The notes under the pieces were generated by a model. The model did not search any database. It saw only the letters and a program-made list of their open reading frames with translations, and was not told where the DNA came from. The position numbers and the translations under genes are program-made. Shown here piece by piece: positions 51,971-61,599 of a DNA stretch of 64,000 nt. The DNA is from Escherichia phage L14, in sequence record OQ992558.1; one strand, 5' to 3'. Numbering within the stretch: the first letter of the stretch is position 1; each line of letters begins with the position of its first letter.

Positions 51971-52590
51971 TCAACTACCTCAATATCATAAACTTTAAAT
52001 GTTCCAAATGAATCGTGTAATTTTTCTTTTGAAATAGAAGTTATTCTATACTTTCCAATTGGAATCATCCATTCTTGTTCACGCACAATCATCATTAAGT
52101 TATCAGTACGCTCTGAATCTAGCCCATCAGTATCTTCATACGTGTACTTAAACTCAGTATTAGGAGAAGAAAGTATAATATCGCTGATATGGTCAGAATA
52201 ATTAAAAGCTTTATCAGTTTTTAAGCGAAATATTATTTCAGTGAAATACTCAACATAAGAAAAACCACATGCTGTGTGCAAACTAGTAGTAAATGAATCT
52301 ACCCTATTCGTTGAAAACACTTCTCCAACTTGTAAATCTTTAATGAGTTCTTTTGTCGATTTTGATATACCACGATATAACTGATAAGGTGATTTAGTTA
52401 AATGCTTTTTAACGATTTTATTCAACTGCCGATGAAGAGCTTCATTCTTTTTAGCTTCCATACATTGCCAAAGAACTGACTGCTCAAAGTCAGTAAATTT
52501 TTCACAGACCTTTTTATACATATCATATTGAAAATCAACGCTTTCAGCTTTTATAGATAACTGTTCAACATCTGCAAGATTAATAATCAT
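51967..52590 (-). CDS. modB: ADP-ribosyltransferase ModB (207 aa)
   Basis: R-S-E ART motifs (LYRG, STN, EQEWMIP); paralogue of modA. Confidence 0.75.
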   Translation of the reverse strand: MIINLADVEQLSIKAESVDFQYDMYKKVCEKFTDFEQSVLWQCMEAKKNEALHRQLNKIVKKHLTKSPYQLYRGISKSTKELIKDLQVGEVFSTNRVDSFTTSLHTACGFSYVEYFTEIIFRLKTDKAFNYSDHISDIILSSPNTEFKYTYEDTDGLDSERTDNLMMIVREQEWMIPIGKYRITSISKEKLHDSFGTFKVYDIEVVE

Positions 52591-52616
52591 GATAGCCTCC
52601 GTATACTTCAGAAGCT

Positions 52617-52646
52617 ATCATATCATCGTTAGAAAGGAAAGTAAAC
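52617..52646 (-). promoter_or_regulatory. T4-early-type promoter upstream of modB
   Basis: plus gtaaac 52641-52646, atcata 52617-52622. Confidence 0.4.
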
Positions 52647-52657
52647 AACTTTTTGAA

Positions 52658-52840
52658 TTATTTTGCCCAAGGAGCCCAAGGCGGAGGGTCAAGATGGTAT
52701 GAAGCTAGTTCTTCTAGAAGAGCATCTGGGGCTTCAATTCCATAATTCTGTAATACTATACGGTACTCTTTCTTATAATCACTAGAATCATTCTGGATAT
52801 TCGTAGAATGATTATCTTCTAACATCTCAAATAAATCCAT
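52658..52840 (-). CDS. hypothetical protein (60 aa)
   Basis: ORF in modB-soc interval. Confidence 0.4.
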   Translation of the reverse strand: MDLFEMLEDNHSTNIQNDSSDYKKEYRIVLQNYGIEAPDALLEELASYHLDPPPWAPWAK

Positions 52841-52848
52841 ACTAATTC

Positions 52849-53319
52849 CTAGCGATAAAAACCAAATTGACGATTAGCTTCAATAATCTTTCTTTCTTCT
52901 TCGGACATTCTCCAGCGTAGTCCAACATCAAAATGAGCCCAGACCATCTTAACAAATGCATTTATATCTTTAATATCTTCAATAATGAATGATTTACTTT
53001 TAGAAGGTTGACTCGCTAATTTAACTTTATCGTCTTCAAACAGGTCAAAAAGACCATATTCATGGGCTCTTTTATAGCCTTTAATAGTTAAAGCTTCAGA
53101 AGAAGAAAAAGGTGAATCAGTATTCTGCAAAATATCTTCAGTATGCTTTATAATTAGAATAACATTTTCTGGATATTTTCTTTCTTTTATATCTTTAATT
53201 AAAAAATCCGGATTTTCTGCTAAAGGAATAATTAATGAGCATTTTTTACCAAGAGTATTTACTGATTTACCTTCTTTAGACATGAATTCTACTGAATAAT
53301 GTTTTGCTACTTCAATCAT
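52849..53319 (-). CDS. hypothetical protein (156 aa)
   Basis: ORF in modB-soc interval. Confidence 0.45.
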   Translation of the reverse strand: MIEVAKHYSVEFMSKEGKSVNTLGKKCSLIIPLAENPDFLIKDIKERKYPENVILIIKHTEDILQNTDSPFSSSEALTIKGYKRAHEYGLFDLFEDDKVKLASQPSKSKSFIIEDIKDINAFVKMVWAHFDVGLRWRMSEEERKIIEANRQFGFYR

Positions 53320-53472
53320 GTGATTTCCTTTTGCCTACTAATGGACCATCGGGAATTTTGTTTTCCTGGATATATTTCTCATTTTCTTCCATCATTTTAC
53401 TACCGATTTTAAGAAGCAAATCCATTGCTTCATTTGCTTTAGCTTTAGCCTCTTCTAATATCATATCTCTGT

Positions 53473-53676
53473 TCACGATTTATCCCCATAGATGTCTCTC
53501 ATTAATTTAAGCGCTGAGCGTTCTAATTTCTTTTCTTTCTCAGCACTAATCATTGATTTCATCCATTCTTCCGATTCGTTCTGCATTTCTTTATTTGCTT
53601 GTTCAACCCAACCATCATCAATATACATCGAGTTTGGTCTATTGAACCATTCAAGCATCTTCTTCAGAGCTTTCAT
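53473..53676 (-). CDS. hypothetical protein (67 aa)
   Basis: ORF in modB-soc interval. Confidence 0.4.
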   Translation of the reverse strand: MKALKKMLEWFNRPNSMYIDDGWVEQANKEMQNESEEWMKSMISAEKEKKLERSALKLMRDIYGDKS

Positions 53677-54148
53677 TTGTTTTACCTAAAACAACAGTAG
53701 GAGCATCATCAAATTCATGAATTTTGAGCAAATTTGGATGTAAACTATTCCATACAGAAGAAATAAAGTATGATAAAGCATCTTCACTCGCAATTATAAA
53801 TTTATTTCCTTTATCTATTTTCCAACTATATACTGAATCGTACGAATAAAAAGATAAAGGTTTATTATTATATTGTTCTGCGCTAACATTAATGTATTCT
53901 GATTTAGTAAATGCTTCAATTGCTCTAAACGGAATATTTGGTACAGTTTCAATAATACCAATCTTTTTAAGTTTTATTTCAGCATCTTCTGGAACTGGCA
54001 TTGAAACGAAATTTTCTACGAGATACATTGGGTCACAATAACCCTTATCAATCATTACTGCTACGGTAATTGGAACGTCTTTAGCAAACGACATACTATT
54101 ACTGCTAATATACATTTCAAACAAAATCGCTTCCATAATTTTCCTCAA
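53651..54148 (-). CDS. hypothetical protein (165 aa)
   Basis: ORF in modB-soc interval. Confidence 0.45.
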   Translation of the reverse strand: MRKIMEAILFEMYISSNSMSFAKDVPITVAVMIDKGYCDPMYLVENFVSMPVPEDAEIKLKKIGIIETVPNIPFRAIEAFTKSEYINVSAEQYNNKPLSFYSYDSVYSWKIDKGNKFIIASEDALSYFISSVWNSLHPNLLKIHEFDDAPTVVLGKTNESSEEDA

Positions 54149-54486
54149 TCACAAGATGTAGATGAACAACTAGAATCACAAGAACTTCCACATGAATCGC
54201 CTTCCCATACATGAACAGGAACATTAGTATCATATGAATCAGAACTAGACTGTGTATTCTGCGTATTAGATGATGTAGTAGGTGTTGACCAGCGCCAAGG
54301 ATTTTTATAATATTCTTGGGCTTCTTCATAAGTCATAGTAACTGCTTCTACTGTTCCATCTCCCATATAAACATACTCAACTACAGTTAAAGGAAGGTAG
54401 TCATTTGAAATAGGAACTACACCTTCTCCGGGAGTTGTAGAGAAAAAATCCGTAAAGAAACTTTTAAACCAATTAAAGATAAACAT
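54145..54486 (-). CDS. hypothetical protein (113 aa) with Ser/Thr-rich linker and C-terminal Cys repeats
   Basis: C-terminus [18 protein letters not shown] read in translation. Confidence 0.45.
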   Translation of the reverse strand: MFIFNWFKSFFTDFFSTTPGEGVVPISNDYLPLTVVEYVYMGDGTVEAVTMTYEEAQEYYKNPWRWSTPTTSSNTQNTQSSSDSYDTNVPVHVWEGDSCGSSCDSSCSSTSCD

Positions 54487-54692
54487 TACAAAAAGCCTCT
54501 TTTGAATTCAACTTGCTTCTCGCCATAATCATATCGAATCTCTGCATTAAATTCAACAGAACCATCTGCGTACATCATAAATGAATGCACAACAACTTCT
54601 GTAGACCATGGCTGTAGTTCATATTTCTTCATTACATGCCGTGAAATGATAATATCTAAATCTTCATTTGGTTTAATCCAGCGATTTAACAT
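54486..54692 (-). CDS. hypothetical protein (68 aa)
   Basis: ORF, ATGA-type overlap. Confidence 0.4.
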   Translation of the reverse strand: MLNRWIKPNEDLDIIISRHVMKKYELQPWSTEVVVHSFMMYADGSVEFNAEIRYDYGEKQVEFKRGFL

Positions 54693-54756
54693 AGTGCTCT
54701 CCTCTATAAGATAATTCTATTATACCATACTCATTTTGGAAAGTAAACCGGTAAAA

Positions 54757-54782
54757 TGAAAAAAGGACTCCCGAAGGAGTCC
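54757..54782 (-). terminator. rho-independent terminator after soc; GGACUCC-UUCG-GGAGUCC + U-tract
   Basis: Identical hairpin to the one at 1404-1421; 8 nt downstream of soc stop. Confidence 0.7.
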
Positions 54783-54790
54783 TTGAATTA

Positions 54791-55027
54791 TTAACCACCT
54801 ATTTCTGTAGGCGTAAACATTGCAGCATTCTTAGTTTTCCAAGTTGTTGCATCGGAAACTACATCAGAATAAGCTGCTTTTTCTGACGGAAAGATTTGAT
54901 AATGAGAATCTGCAATACGGTGTTCATTTGAATATACATCAAATGCTACAGAAACTTCCATACCTTTAACTTCTTTGCCTTCACCTGCTGGATGAGTAAA
55001 GGTCTTGATGTTAACGAAACCACCCAT
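54791..55027 (-). CDS. soc: small outer capsid protein Soc (78 aa)
   Basis: VNIKTF...YQ-FPSEKAAYS motif matches recalled T4 Soc. Confidence 0.75.
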   Translation of the reverse strand: MGGFVNIKTFTHPAGEGKEVKGMEVSVAFDVYSNEHRIADSHYQIFPSEKAAYSDVVSDATTWKTKNAAMFTPTEIGG

Positions 55028-55058
55028 AATAAACTCCTTTATTGTTTAATTACAGGTG

Positions 55059-55066
55059 TATTTATA
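55059..55066 (-). promoter_or_regulatory. T4 late promoter box TATAAATA for soc
   Basis: plus tatttata = minus TATAAATA, ~31 nt upstream of soc ATG. Confidence 0.6.
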
Positions 55067-55240
55067 TCAGTCTTCAATGAAAACTTGTGCCAGGAATTCG
55101 TGTTCATCTTGAATTTGTTTATATAAAGCCATTACAGCATTTATATTAGATCTATCTACTTTAAGTTGATAGGCATACCACTCGTATAAATTAATTAAAG
55201 CTTTTTGTCGTCTAATAAATTCTTCTTTGGATATTTTCAT
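55067..55240 (-). CDS. hypothetical protein (57 aa)
   Basis: Hand-translated; ATGA overlap with upstream ORF; below ORF-track cut-off. Confidence 0.4.
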   Translation of the reverse strand: MKISKEEFIRRQKALINLYEWYAYQLKVDRSNINAVMALYKQIQDEHEFLAQVFIED

Positions 55241-55437
55241 TTTGAATGCTCTATAATTAATTTTAAGGCTTCTTTACTGACAAAAATTTCATCAAGACCT
55301 TCTTCTACACCCCAATCAACTACACGAAGCTGATTAGATAAGAGCTCGTATGTGAGCTCCTTGTCATAATTTTTAAATAGCTGGTCAATACGTTTCTTGT
55401 GGGCTTTCTTAAGCTGGCGTTTATTTAAACGAGCCAT
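55237..55437 (-). CDS. hypothetical protein (66 aa)
   Basis: ORF between 56 and soc. Confidence 0.45.
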   Translation of the reverse strand: MARLNKRQLKKAHKKRIDQLFKNYDKELTYELLSNQLRVVDWGVEEGLDEIFVSKEALKLIIEHSK

Positions 55438-55955
55438 TAATAACCTCGGTCTTGACGAGCGAAGTTTTCAGCATTTTTCAGATAATAAAGTTTAAAGATT
55501 TCTTCAGCCGTAAGACCGAGGCCTTGGAACATGTTCAGAACGAAATGAAGAATATCAATCATTTCGAATTTAATTTCCAACTGGTCTTGTGGAGACAAAT
55601 CAGTAATCAGAGTTTCACGTCGTTCACCATGTTGAGCTTTCCAAGGCTTCCATACAGCAGATGCATCTTTTTCACCATTGCTCATACCACCAAGAGAAGT
55701 CAATAGTTCGCGGAATTCATCATCAATATAATCTTTCTGATTACGCAGCCAATCAACAACTTCACCCGCAGTAGCCAAATCATCAGGATGACGGTTATAT
55801 TCAGGTTTATCTTTAGCTAAACGAACCTGCAGAGATTTCTGCATATCAAGCATAACTTGCAACGGGTCTTTTTCATCACCGAGAATATCCCAGTATTCAT
55901 TTTGAGCTTTATCAGCGCCTTCAATCAGTTGTGAACATTCATTAAAGTATGCCAT
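55437..55955 (-). CDS. 56: dCTP pyrophosphatase, MazG-like (172 aa; start at MAYFNE)
   Basis: Start matches recalled T4 gp56 N-terminus; ORF-track N-terminal extension is hydrophobic and likely spurious. Confidence 0.8.
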   Translation of the reverse strand: MAYFNECSQLIEGADKAQNEYWDILGDEKDPLQVMLDMQKSLQVRLAKDKPEYNRHPDDLATAGEVVDWLRNQKDYIDDEFRELLTSLGGMSNGEKDASAVWKPWKAQHGERRETLITDLSPQDQLEIKFEMIDILHFVLNMFQGLGLTAEEIFKLYYLKNAENFARQDRGY

Positions 55956-56026
55956 TATTTTTCCTTTCAATTCATGGGTTAGTAGATTAATTATACAATA
56001 AATATATAAAGCAATAAGGAGGACAT

Positions 56027-56227
56027 ATGGTACAAAAATTAATGGCACTTGTTAATGCCATCAAAGGTAATAAAAAGCGTATAGCTTTTACTATTTCTGC
56101 TATGGTAGGAATTTTACTCTGGAACTTTATTTTATCACCAATTGCAATTGCGCATGGTGTTAATATTCCAGTAGTTACTCTTGATACATTCGTAGATCTA
56201 GCATTTGCTTTAGTTGGGTTAATTTAA
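56027..56227 (+). CDS. small membrane protein (66 aa) on plus strand
   Basis: Strong RBS AAGGAGG 7 nt upstream of ATG; two hydrophobic segments; divergent from gene 56. Confidence 0.45.
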   Translation: MVQKLMALVNAIKGNKKRIAFTISAMVGILLWNFILSPIAIAHGVNIPVVTLDTFVDLAFALVGLI

Positions 56228-57252
56228 ATCTTGGCATATTTAGATAACCGCATTTTAGCCATTAACCCCTGGGCAATATTATTTTTCATATATTCCATAA
56301 TTTGTTCAGGGGTTGCACCTTCCTTTCTAATCATATCATTAACATCTTTTGATTTCCAGGGAGATTTATCCCAAAACATAACCCTTTCTCCTGCATCAAC
56401 TAATTTAGTCATTCGCTTGATAGTGTCAGGGTGACGAGGTTCATTATCTAAAACCCACACTCGTCTATCTTTAAATGGAACAACTTCTAGGTCTAATTGA
56501 CCACCCGTAATAGCTATACCATTTTCAATAAAAAGTGAATCTATAGGTCCTTCTAGAACATATACATCACCATCTTTAACTCGTTCGACTCCATATATTT
56601 TTGTTGCCTCAGGATAAGCTTTGATGGTGATATATTTTTGAGGAGCATCTTTCTTTAATGCACGTCCTTGAAAAGACTCAGCTTTTCCGTTAGCATTATA
56701 AATTGGAATAACAAGACGAGGCTCAGGTGTTTCCTTTTTATATGTTCCTGGAGCTATACTATTAACTAATTTAGGCCATTCAGTTGTAAACCAAAGATAT
56801 TTCCATTTATCCTTTGGAATACAACGAGCTTTTACATATTTTATAATTGGATGGTCTTCCGCCAGTTTATCTAATCGAACACATGACGGAAGAGATTTAA
56901 TTATTTTCTTCTCAGGTTGTTTAGGAAGTTCTTTAGGTTTTTCTACTGGACGACTTTTACCTTTTTCTTTTCTTATTTCAAAGATATACTCACGATATAA
57001 ATCAGGTTCAAACTCCTTTAAATATATTCCGATTGGCGCATGATAGTTACAGTTATAACAATGAATATTTCCTTCATTATTATCACCATAATACCATCCA
57101 CGAGCTTTATTCTGGTCGGTTTTTGAATCTCCACAAACAGGGCATCTAAACCGCAATTTAAAAGTTGAACTATTATTTACTTGTGTGAATTTAGGTAAAT
57201 GAGCTAATGCACGATACGCAAACTCATTATCAATCCAAGGTATTGATGACAT
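56224..57252 (-). CDS. 61: gp61 DNA primase (342 aa)
   Basis: Zinc-ribbon CPVCGDS...CYNC and TOPRIM region; matches recalled T4 gp61. Confidence 0.9.
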   Translation of the reverse strand: MSSIPWIDNEFAYRALAHLPKFTQVNNSSTFKLRFRCPVCGDSKTDQNKARGWYYGDNNEGNIHCYNCNYHAPIGIYLKEFEPDLYREYIFEIRKEKGKSRPVEKPKELPKQPEKKIIKSLPSCVRLDKLAEDHPIIKYVKARCIPKDKWKYLWFTTEWPKLVNSIAPGTYKKETPEPRLVIPIYNANGKAESFQGRALKKDAPQKYITIKAYPEATKIYGVERVKDGDVYVLEGPIDSLFIENGIAITGGQLDLEVVPFKDRRVWVLDNEPRHPDTIKRMTKLVDAGERVMFWDKSPWKSKDVNDMIRKEGATPEQIMEYMKNNIAQGLMAKMRLSKYAKI

Positions 57253-57254
57253 TT

Positions 57255-57419
57255 TTACTCTTCTTTTTCTTTAGATTCCTCTTTTTTCTTTTTAGGAATC
57301 TGTTCAGGACCTTTATTTACTACAGCACCTGACGTTGTTCCAGTGGAGATATTTTCAGGATTACCACCTGAATCTCCAGCTACCATATCTTCTTTAATAA
57401 ATTCTTTATATGTTTTCAT
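57255..57419 (-). CDS. small Lys/Glu-rich protein (54 aa)
   Basis: Hand-translated; AGAGG RBS; below ORF-track cut-off. Confidence 0.4.
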   Translation of the reverse strand: MKTYKEFIKEDMVAGDSGGNPENISTGTTSGAVVNKGPEQIPKKKKEESKEKEE

Positions 57420-57420
57420 A

Positions 57421-57777
57421 TTAACCTCTATTCATAAAAGCATTAAAAATTTGGTCATCAATCGATGGAATAGTAACTTTTTCTGCATCATTTAGCAAAT
57501 CATTAATTTCATCAGATAGCATAACGCATGTACCTTTATTTCCTGTAATTGCTACTGCACAATTACGAACGTTTTCTTTATCAAATTTTAGGTTAATATT
57601 TTCGTAGTGAAAATCCTTTAATGCCGAATATATTTTTAAAATGAAATTGTCTTTTACTACAATAAACCCAACCTCACTATTAAAACGTGGTTCATGGAAA
57701 CTGTAATAAACCTTTTCATCTATAAAATCGTATGAAATTTTTTCCATTTTTAAATATGAAAATTCAGAACTATACAT
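57421..57777 (-). CDS. hypothetical protein (118 aa)
   Basis: ORF in 41-61 interval. Confidence 0.45.
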   Translation of the reverse strand: MYSSEFSYLKMEKISYDFIDEKVYYSFHEPRFNSEVGFIVVKDNFILKIYSALKDFHYENINLKFDKENVRNCAVAITGNKGTCVMLSDEINDLLNDAEKVTIPSIDDQIFNAFMNRG

Positions 57778-57789
57778 ACTAACCTCTAA

Positions 57790-58083
57790 TTATTCACCTA
57801 CCACTTCAGCGATGATATTTTTATTATTAAAGTTTTTATCGCAATACAGAACATAATTATACTGCATTACACCACCAGACTTAAGCTGTTTTTGCACTTC
57901 AGCTTTCATTTCAGGACGATCGCGCTCAACGATATTCATAATATCTGCTTCAATTTGAGTTTCAACTTCAGTCTGATCAGCAGTCATAGACCATTCGCAC
58001 AAATCTTTATCATAACCTGCCATAGCAGGCTGAGCAGCACAAGAAGCTAAAGCAAAAATTGCAGCAAAAACAAATTTTTTCAT
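57790..58083 (-). CDS. sp: Spackle-like periplasmic protein (97 aa)
   Basis: Signal peptide (MKKFVFAAIFALASCAAQPAMA); size and position as T4 sp. Confidence 0.65.
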   Translation of the reverse strand: MKKFVFAAIFALASCAAQPAMAGYDKDLCEWSMTADQTEVETQIEADIMNIVERDRPEMKAEVQKQLKSGGVMQYNYVLYCDKNFNNKNIIAEVVGE

Positions 58084-58111
58084 GATAATCTCCTCAGTAG
58101 TTTATGTTTAT

Positions 58112-58141
58112 ATAGTATCTCAATTTCCAACAAAAGTAAAC
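58112..58141 (-). promoter_or_regulatory. T4-early-type promoter upstream of sp
   Basis: plus gtaaac 58136-58141, atagta 58112-58117. Confidence 0.4.
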
Positions 58142-58143
58142 AG

Positions 58144-58401
58144 CTATTTTAAAACTTCTGCATAATCACATGTTACAAACTGTTTCTCTAGCTTAACGAT
58201 CTTACGAAAGTATCTTTTGCATTGACGAATCTGTCGCTTTGTAGGGCGCACAGCAAACTTAATAAATTCCACTCGACCAAATGGAGGACTTTCTTCTGCT
58301 GGAATATCTAACACCAATTCCCACGTATCCGCAATAAGTGCCTTGAATTGAGTATTTTTCCTAACATTATACGGAGTAGGTTTAAATAAAACAATGCGCA
58401 T
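58144..58401 (-). CDS. hypothetical protein (85 aa)
   Basis: ORF in 41-61 interval. Confidence 0.45.
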   Translation of the reverse strand: MRIVLFKPTPYNVRKNTQFKALIADTWELVLDIPAEESPPFGRVEFIKFAVRPTKRQIRQCKRYFRKIVKLEKQFVTCDYAEVLK

Positions 58402-58402
58402 A

Positions 58403-58585
58403 TTATCCTCGGTAATCTACTTCATATACTTTCTTGTCATCAATGAAAGCTTTAACTAATGCTTTATTAACTTCAGCATATTGCGTAGTAGCCCATTGAA
58501 CGTCATCTTTCATCATTGTGATTTCTTTAGTAAACATGCTTTCATTCTTAAACCACCCCATAAAAACTACCTTTACCAATTCCAT
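58403..58585 (-). CDS. dmd: Dmd-like antitoxin (60 aa)
   Basis: 60-aa ORF immediately downstream of gene 41, the position of T4 61.5/dmd; sequence resembles recalled Dmd. Confidence 0.5.
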   Translation of the reverse strand: MELVKVVFMGWFKNESMFTKEITMMKDDVQWATTQYAEVNKALVKAFIDDKKVYEVDYRG

Positions 58586-58614
58586 AACAATCTCCTCATT
58601 TAACCAACAAGACT

Positions 58615-58644
58615 ACTATACCATAGTCTTGTCAGCTTGTAAAC
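58615..58644 (-). promoter_or_regulatory. T4-early-type promoter at 3' end of gene 41
   Basis: plus gtaaac 58639-58644, actata 58615-58620. Confidence 0.4.
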
Positions 58645-60071
58645 TAAAATTTTAATTCATTTGCCAAAGCATCTAACTGAGCTCGAGTCGATTCATTTCT
58701 TTGATAGCGATTCTGTTCAGCCTGAATCTGTTGTGAACCTGCTACTTCACTCACTTCAGTTGGAGTAGAATCTTGTTCAATTTCTACCCATTTTTGGTTT
58801 CCTTTTTGAACACCCATCAAAAACTTATTCCACTTATTCTTATCACCATATCGTGATTTGATTTGCTTAATGAGTTGTTGTTCAGCAGCTGCTAGCTCCT
58901 CGGTTTCAATGACCGCAAGCATAAAATCAGCTGTTGCTGGAAGACCAGCAGATTCTGCGATATCACTCATGTTAACATCAGAAGAGTCCCAAGCTTGTTT
59001 ACCGACCTGTGCTGCAGTCCAAAGAACAGTTTCTGTTTCAACAGCCAGAGCACGTAATTCCTCTGCAATAGCTTTAACAGTTGTGTAACTATTTTCTGAA
59101 TAAACTCTAATGCGGCAAGATTTACAAATACCTAGATAGTCGACAATAATGATTGTTGGAACAAAATTCTTCTTGAGCTTTAATTCATTTAAAAGTGATC
59201 GAAATGTATTAGCGTCTGCTCCACCAGTAGGATATTGCTTAACGATTAAACGACCAAGAGTAGATTTCTCACGCCATTTTTCCATTTTTCCTTTATACTC
59301 AGCGTAAGAAATATGTCCATCATCAATATCGTCAAGAGAAACATCGAGCATGTTAGCATCAATGCGCTTAGCACAGACTTCTTCTGCCATTTCCATGGAG
59401 ATATAAAGAACGTTATGACCAAGCTGCAAATAATCTGCTGCTAATGAGCAAAGTCCTAATGATTTACCAACGTTAACGCCAGCCATTAAAACGTTCAGTG
59501 TTCCAGTTTCAGCTCCGCCTTTTGTAATTTTATTCAAAATACGAAGTTTAAATGGAACTTTACGAGCTTTATTCATATAAGATAGCCAGCGTGCTTCATA
59601 ATCATCCATCCAATCATGACCGACGTAGCTATCAAATGAAATTGATAATGCTTGGCGCATGATGTCAGGAATAGCACCAACATCCGGCATTTTCTTATTT
59701 CGTTTTTCCGGAGGAAGCTCAGCATTAGTTTGAATTTCGATTATTTTAGACGTAGCATTAAACATCGCCCTTTGCTGAACATATTTTTCTGTTTCTTTTA
59801 TTAACCAGCTGTGGTCTTCCGGAGAATCAGCTAGTTTTGAAATAAGTGTTTTTACACCAGAATATTCTGTTTCAGTAAATGAACTATTTTCTAATGCAAC
59901 ATTTAACGCATTAATAGATGGAACGCTATGGTACTCATTAACATGAGATTTAATTAATTTGAATGTATTTTTAGCTGGACCACTTTCAAAATATTCTGAA
60001 TCCATATATGGCCAAACTTTTGAAAAATAAGCTTGATCAAATATGAGATGAGAAAGAATAATTTCTACCAC
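58644..60071 (-). CDS. 41: gp41 replicative DNA helicase (475 aa)
   Basis: DnaB-family; Walker A GVNVGKS; length equals T4 gp41. Confidence 0.92.
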   Translation of the reverse strand: MVEIILSHLIFDQAYFSKVWPYMDSEYFESGPAKNTFKLIKSHVNEYHSVPSINALNVALENSSFTETEYSGVKTLISKLADSPEDHSWLIKETEKYVQQRAMFNATSKIIEIQTNAELPPEKRNKKMPDVGAIPDIMRQALSISFDSYVGHDWMDDYEARWLSYMNKARKVPFKLRILNKITKGGAETGTLNVLMAGVNVGKSLGLCSLAADYLQLGHNVLYISMEMAEEVCAKRIDANMLDVSLDDIDDGHISYAEYKGKMEKWREKSTLGRLIVKQYPTGGADANTFRSLLNELKLKKNFVPTIIIVDYLGICKSCRIRVYSENSYTTVKAIAEELRALAVETETVLWTAAQVGKQAWDSSDVNMSDIAESAGLPATADFMLAVIETEELAAAEQQLIKQIKSRYGDKNKWNKFLMGVQKGNQKWVEIEQDSTPTEVSEVAGSQQIQAEQNRYQRNESTRAQLDALANELKF

Positions 60072-60080
60072 ACTTACTCC

Positions 60081-60443
60081 TTAAAAGAATTTAAACTTTT
60101 TCTTTGACCTTTTATTAAATGCATCTTGTAGTTGCATTGTAATACATTTTTCTACATGAGGAGCTAACTCAGCTTTTCTTTCTTGGTCAAGAACAGCAAA
60201 GTCCATTACGACTTTTCCATCAACCCAATCTAATTTTGTCACATACACAATGTGTGTAGAACCATCTTCTAGTTTAATGATAATCTCCTGGATAACATTT
60301 TCCATGGCAGATTTAATTATCTTAAGAGATTCATTAAAAAGACGTTCTTTTCTTTCTTCTTCCCCCTCCGAAGAGGGGGATTCGTCGATAATTTCTAGAT
60401 CTAAATCTAAATCATCTTTATTCATTAAATTCTTCCATATCAC
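60081..60443 (-). CDS. 40: gp40-like protein (120 aa)
   Basis: Position between uvsX and 41; overlaps uvsX 3' end by 26 nt (or 8 nt from the 7th-codon Met). Confidence 0.5.
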   Translation of the reverse strand: MIWKNLMNKDDLDLDLEIIDESPSSEGEEERKERLFNESLKIIKSAMENVIQEIIIKLEDGSTHIVYVTKLDWVDGKVVMDFAVLDQERKAELAPHVEKCITMQLQDAFNKRSKKKFKFF

Positions 60444-61599
60444 TTAACTGCTCGAGGTCAGTTTCTAAATCAGCTGCTGATTTACTTTTACTTTCTGGAG
60501 ATTTAAATTTTTCAACCTTTGAGTTAATCAATTCATCAACTTCAGCTTCAACAATTTCATTACTATCAATAGCACCTAACTGATAAGCGCGTTTAATAGC
60601 ATCTCGGAATGGTTGATGCTTAAATAAAGGACCCCAGAATGTAGTGCAGTTAGTATCTTTTGCACGCCAAGATTTTTCTTCGCGAATCATCTCACCGGTT
60701 TCTTCATCAAGAAATTCACGAGCATACCAACCATTTTTAGGTTTTACTACAAATCCTAATTCTAGAGCCATATCTAACAATCCAGAATAAGGATCGATAC
60801 CACCGTCAAATTTAACATCAATAAAGAATTTACTTTTTTCTTTAACTGTACGAGATTTTTCTACATTTAGAACAAATTGATACCCCTGAAGATCAGAACC
60901 ATCTTTAATCTGGCGCTTACCGATAATGAATACAGTATCAGCCGAATACATTACGCCTGTACCACCTGTCATCACGGTTTTACTAAACATTTCAATGGTT
61001 TCAATTGTATGGTTAACCGCAACACATGGAATATTTTTAATACTAAAATAAGGAGTAACAATACGGAATAATGACTTCAGTGATTTAGCACGAGTCATAT
61101 CTGCAACAGATTTTTCATTCAAGGCATCTTCCGTTTCTTTCTTAGAAGCCATATTACCAATTGAATCGATGAATACAATAACTTTTTCACCACGCTCAAT
61201 AGCTTCAAGCTGATTCACCATATCAATTTTCAGCTGTTCAACTGACTGGATTGGCGTATGAATTACTCGTTCCGGGTCAACTCCCATGGATCGCAAATAA
61301 GCTGGAGTAATACCAAATTCACTATCATAGAATAGACAAACCGCGTCAGGATATTTGTTCAAATATGCCGCAACCATAGTCAAAGACATATTTGATTTAA
61401 AGTGTTTAGAAGGCCCTGCGAAAATAGTTAAACCAGACTGCATACCGCCATCAATCGCACCAGAAATAGCAATATTCAGCATTGGAATTTTTGTACGGAT
61501 TACATCCTTTTCATTAAAGAATTTAGATGTAGTCAGTTCAGCAGTCATTTTAGAAGTGGAAGCTTTAATCAAACGGGATTTTAAATCTGCAATAGACAT
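60418..61599 (-). CDS. uvsX: UvsX recombinase (RecA-like), 393 aa
   Basis: Walker A GPSKHFKS; matches recalled T4 UvsX. Confidence 0.92.
   Translation of the reverse strand: MSIADLKSRLIKASTSKMTAELTTSKFFNEKDVIRTKIPMLNIAISGAIDGGMQSGLTIFAGPSKHFKSNMSLTMVAAYLNKYPDAVCLFYDSEFGITPAYLRSMGVDPERVIHTPIQSVEQLKIDMVNQLEAIERGEKVIVFIDSIGNMASKKETEDALNEKSVADMTRAKSLKSLFRIVTPYFSIKNIPCVAVNHTIETIEMFSKTVMTGGTGVMYSADTVFIIGKRQIKDGSDLQGYQFVLNVEKSRTVKEKSKFFIDVKFDGGIDPYSGLLDMALELGFVVKPKNGWYAREFLDEETGEMIREEKSWRAKDTNCTTFWGPLFKHQPFRDAIKRAYQLGAIDSNEIVEAEVDELINSKVEKFKSPESKSKSAADLETDLEQLSDMEEFNE

Noticed and set aside
55437-56048. N-terminal 31-residue hydrophobic extension of the gene 56 ORF
   Set aside because: The RBS-supported Met (MAYFNE) matches the recalled gp56 start, and the extension would run through the divergent promoter region.
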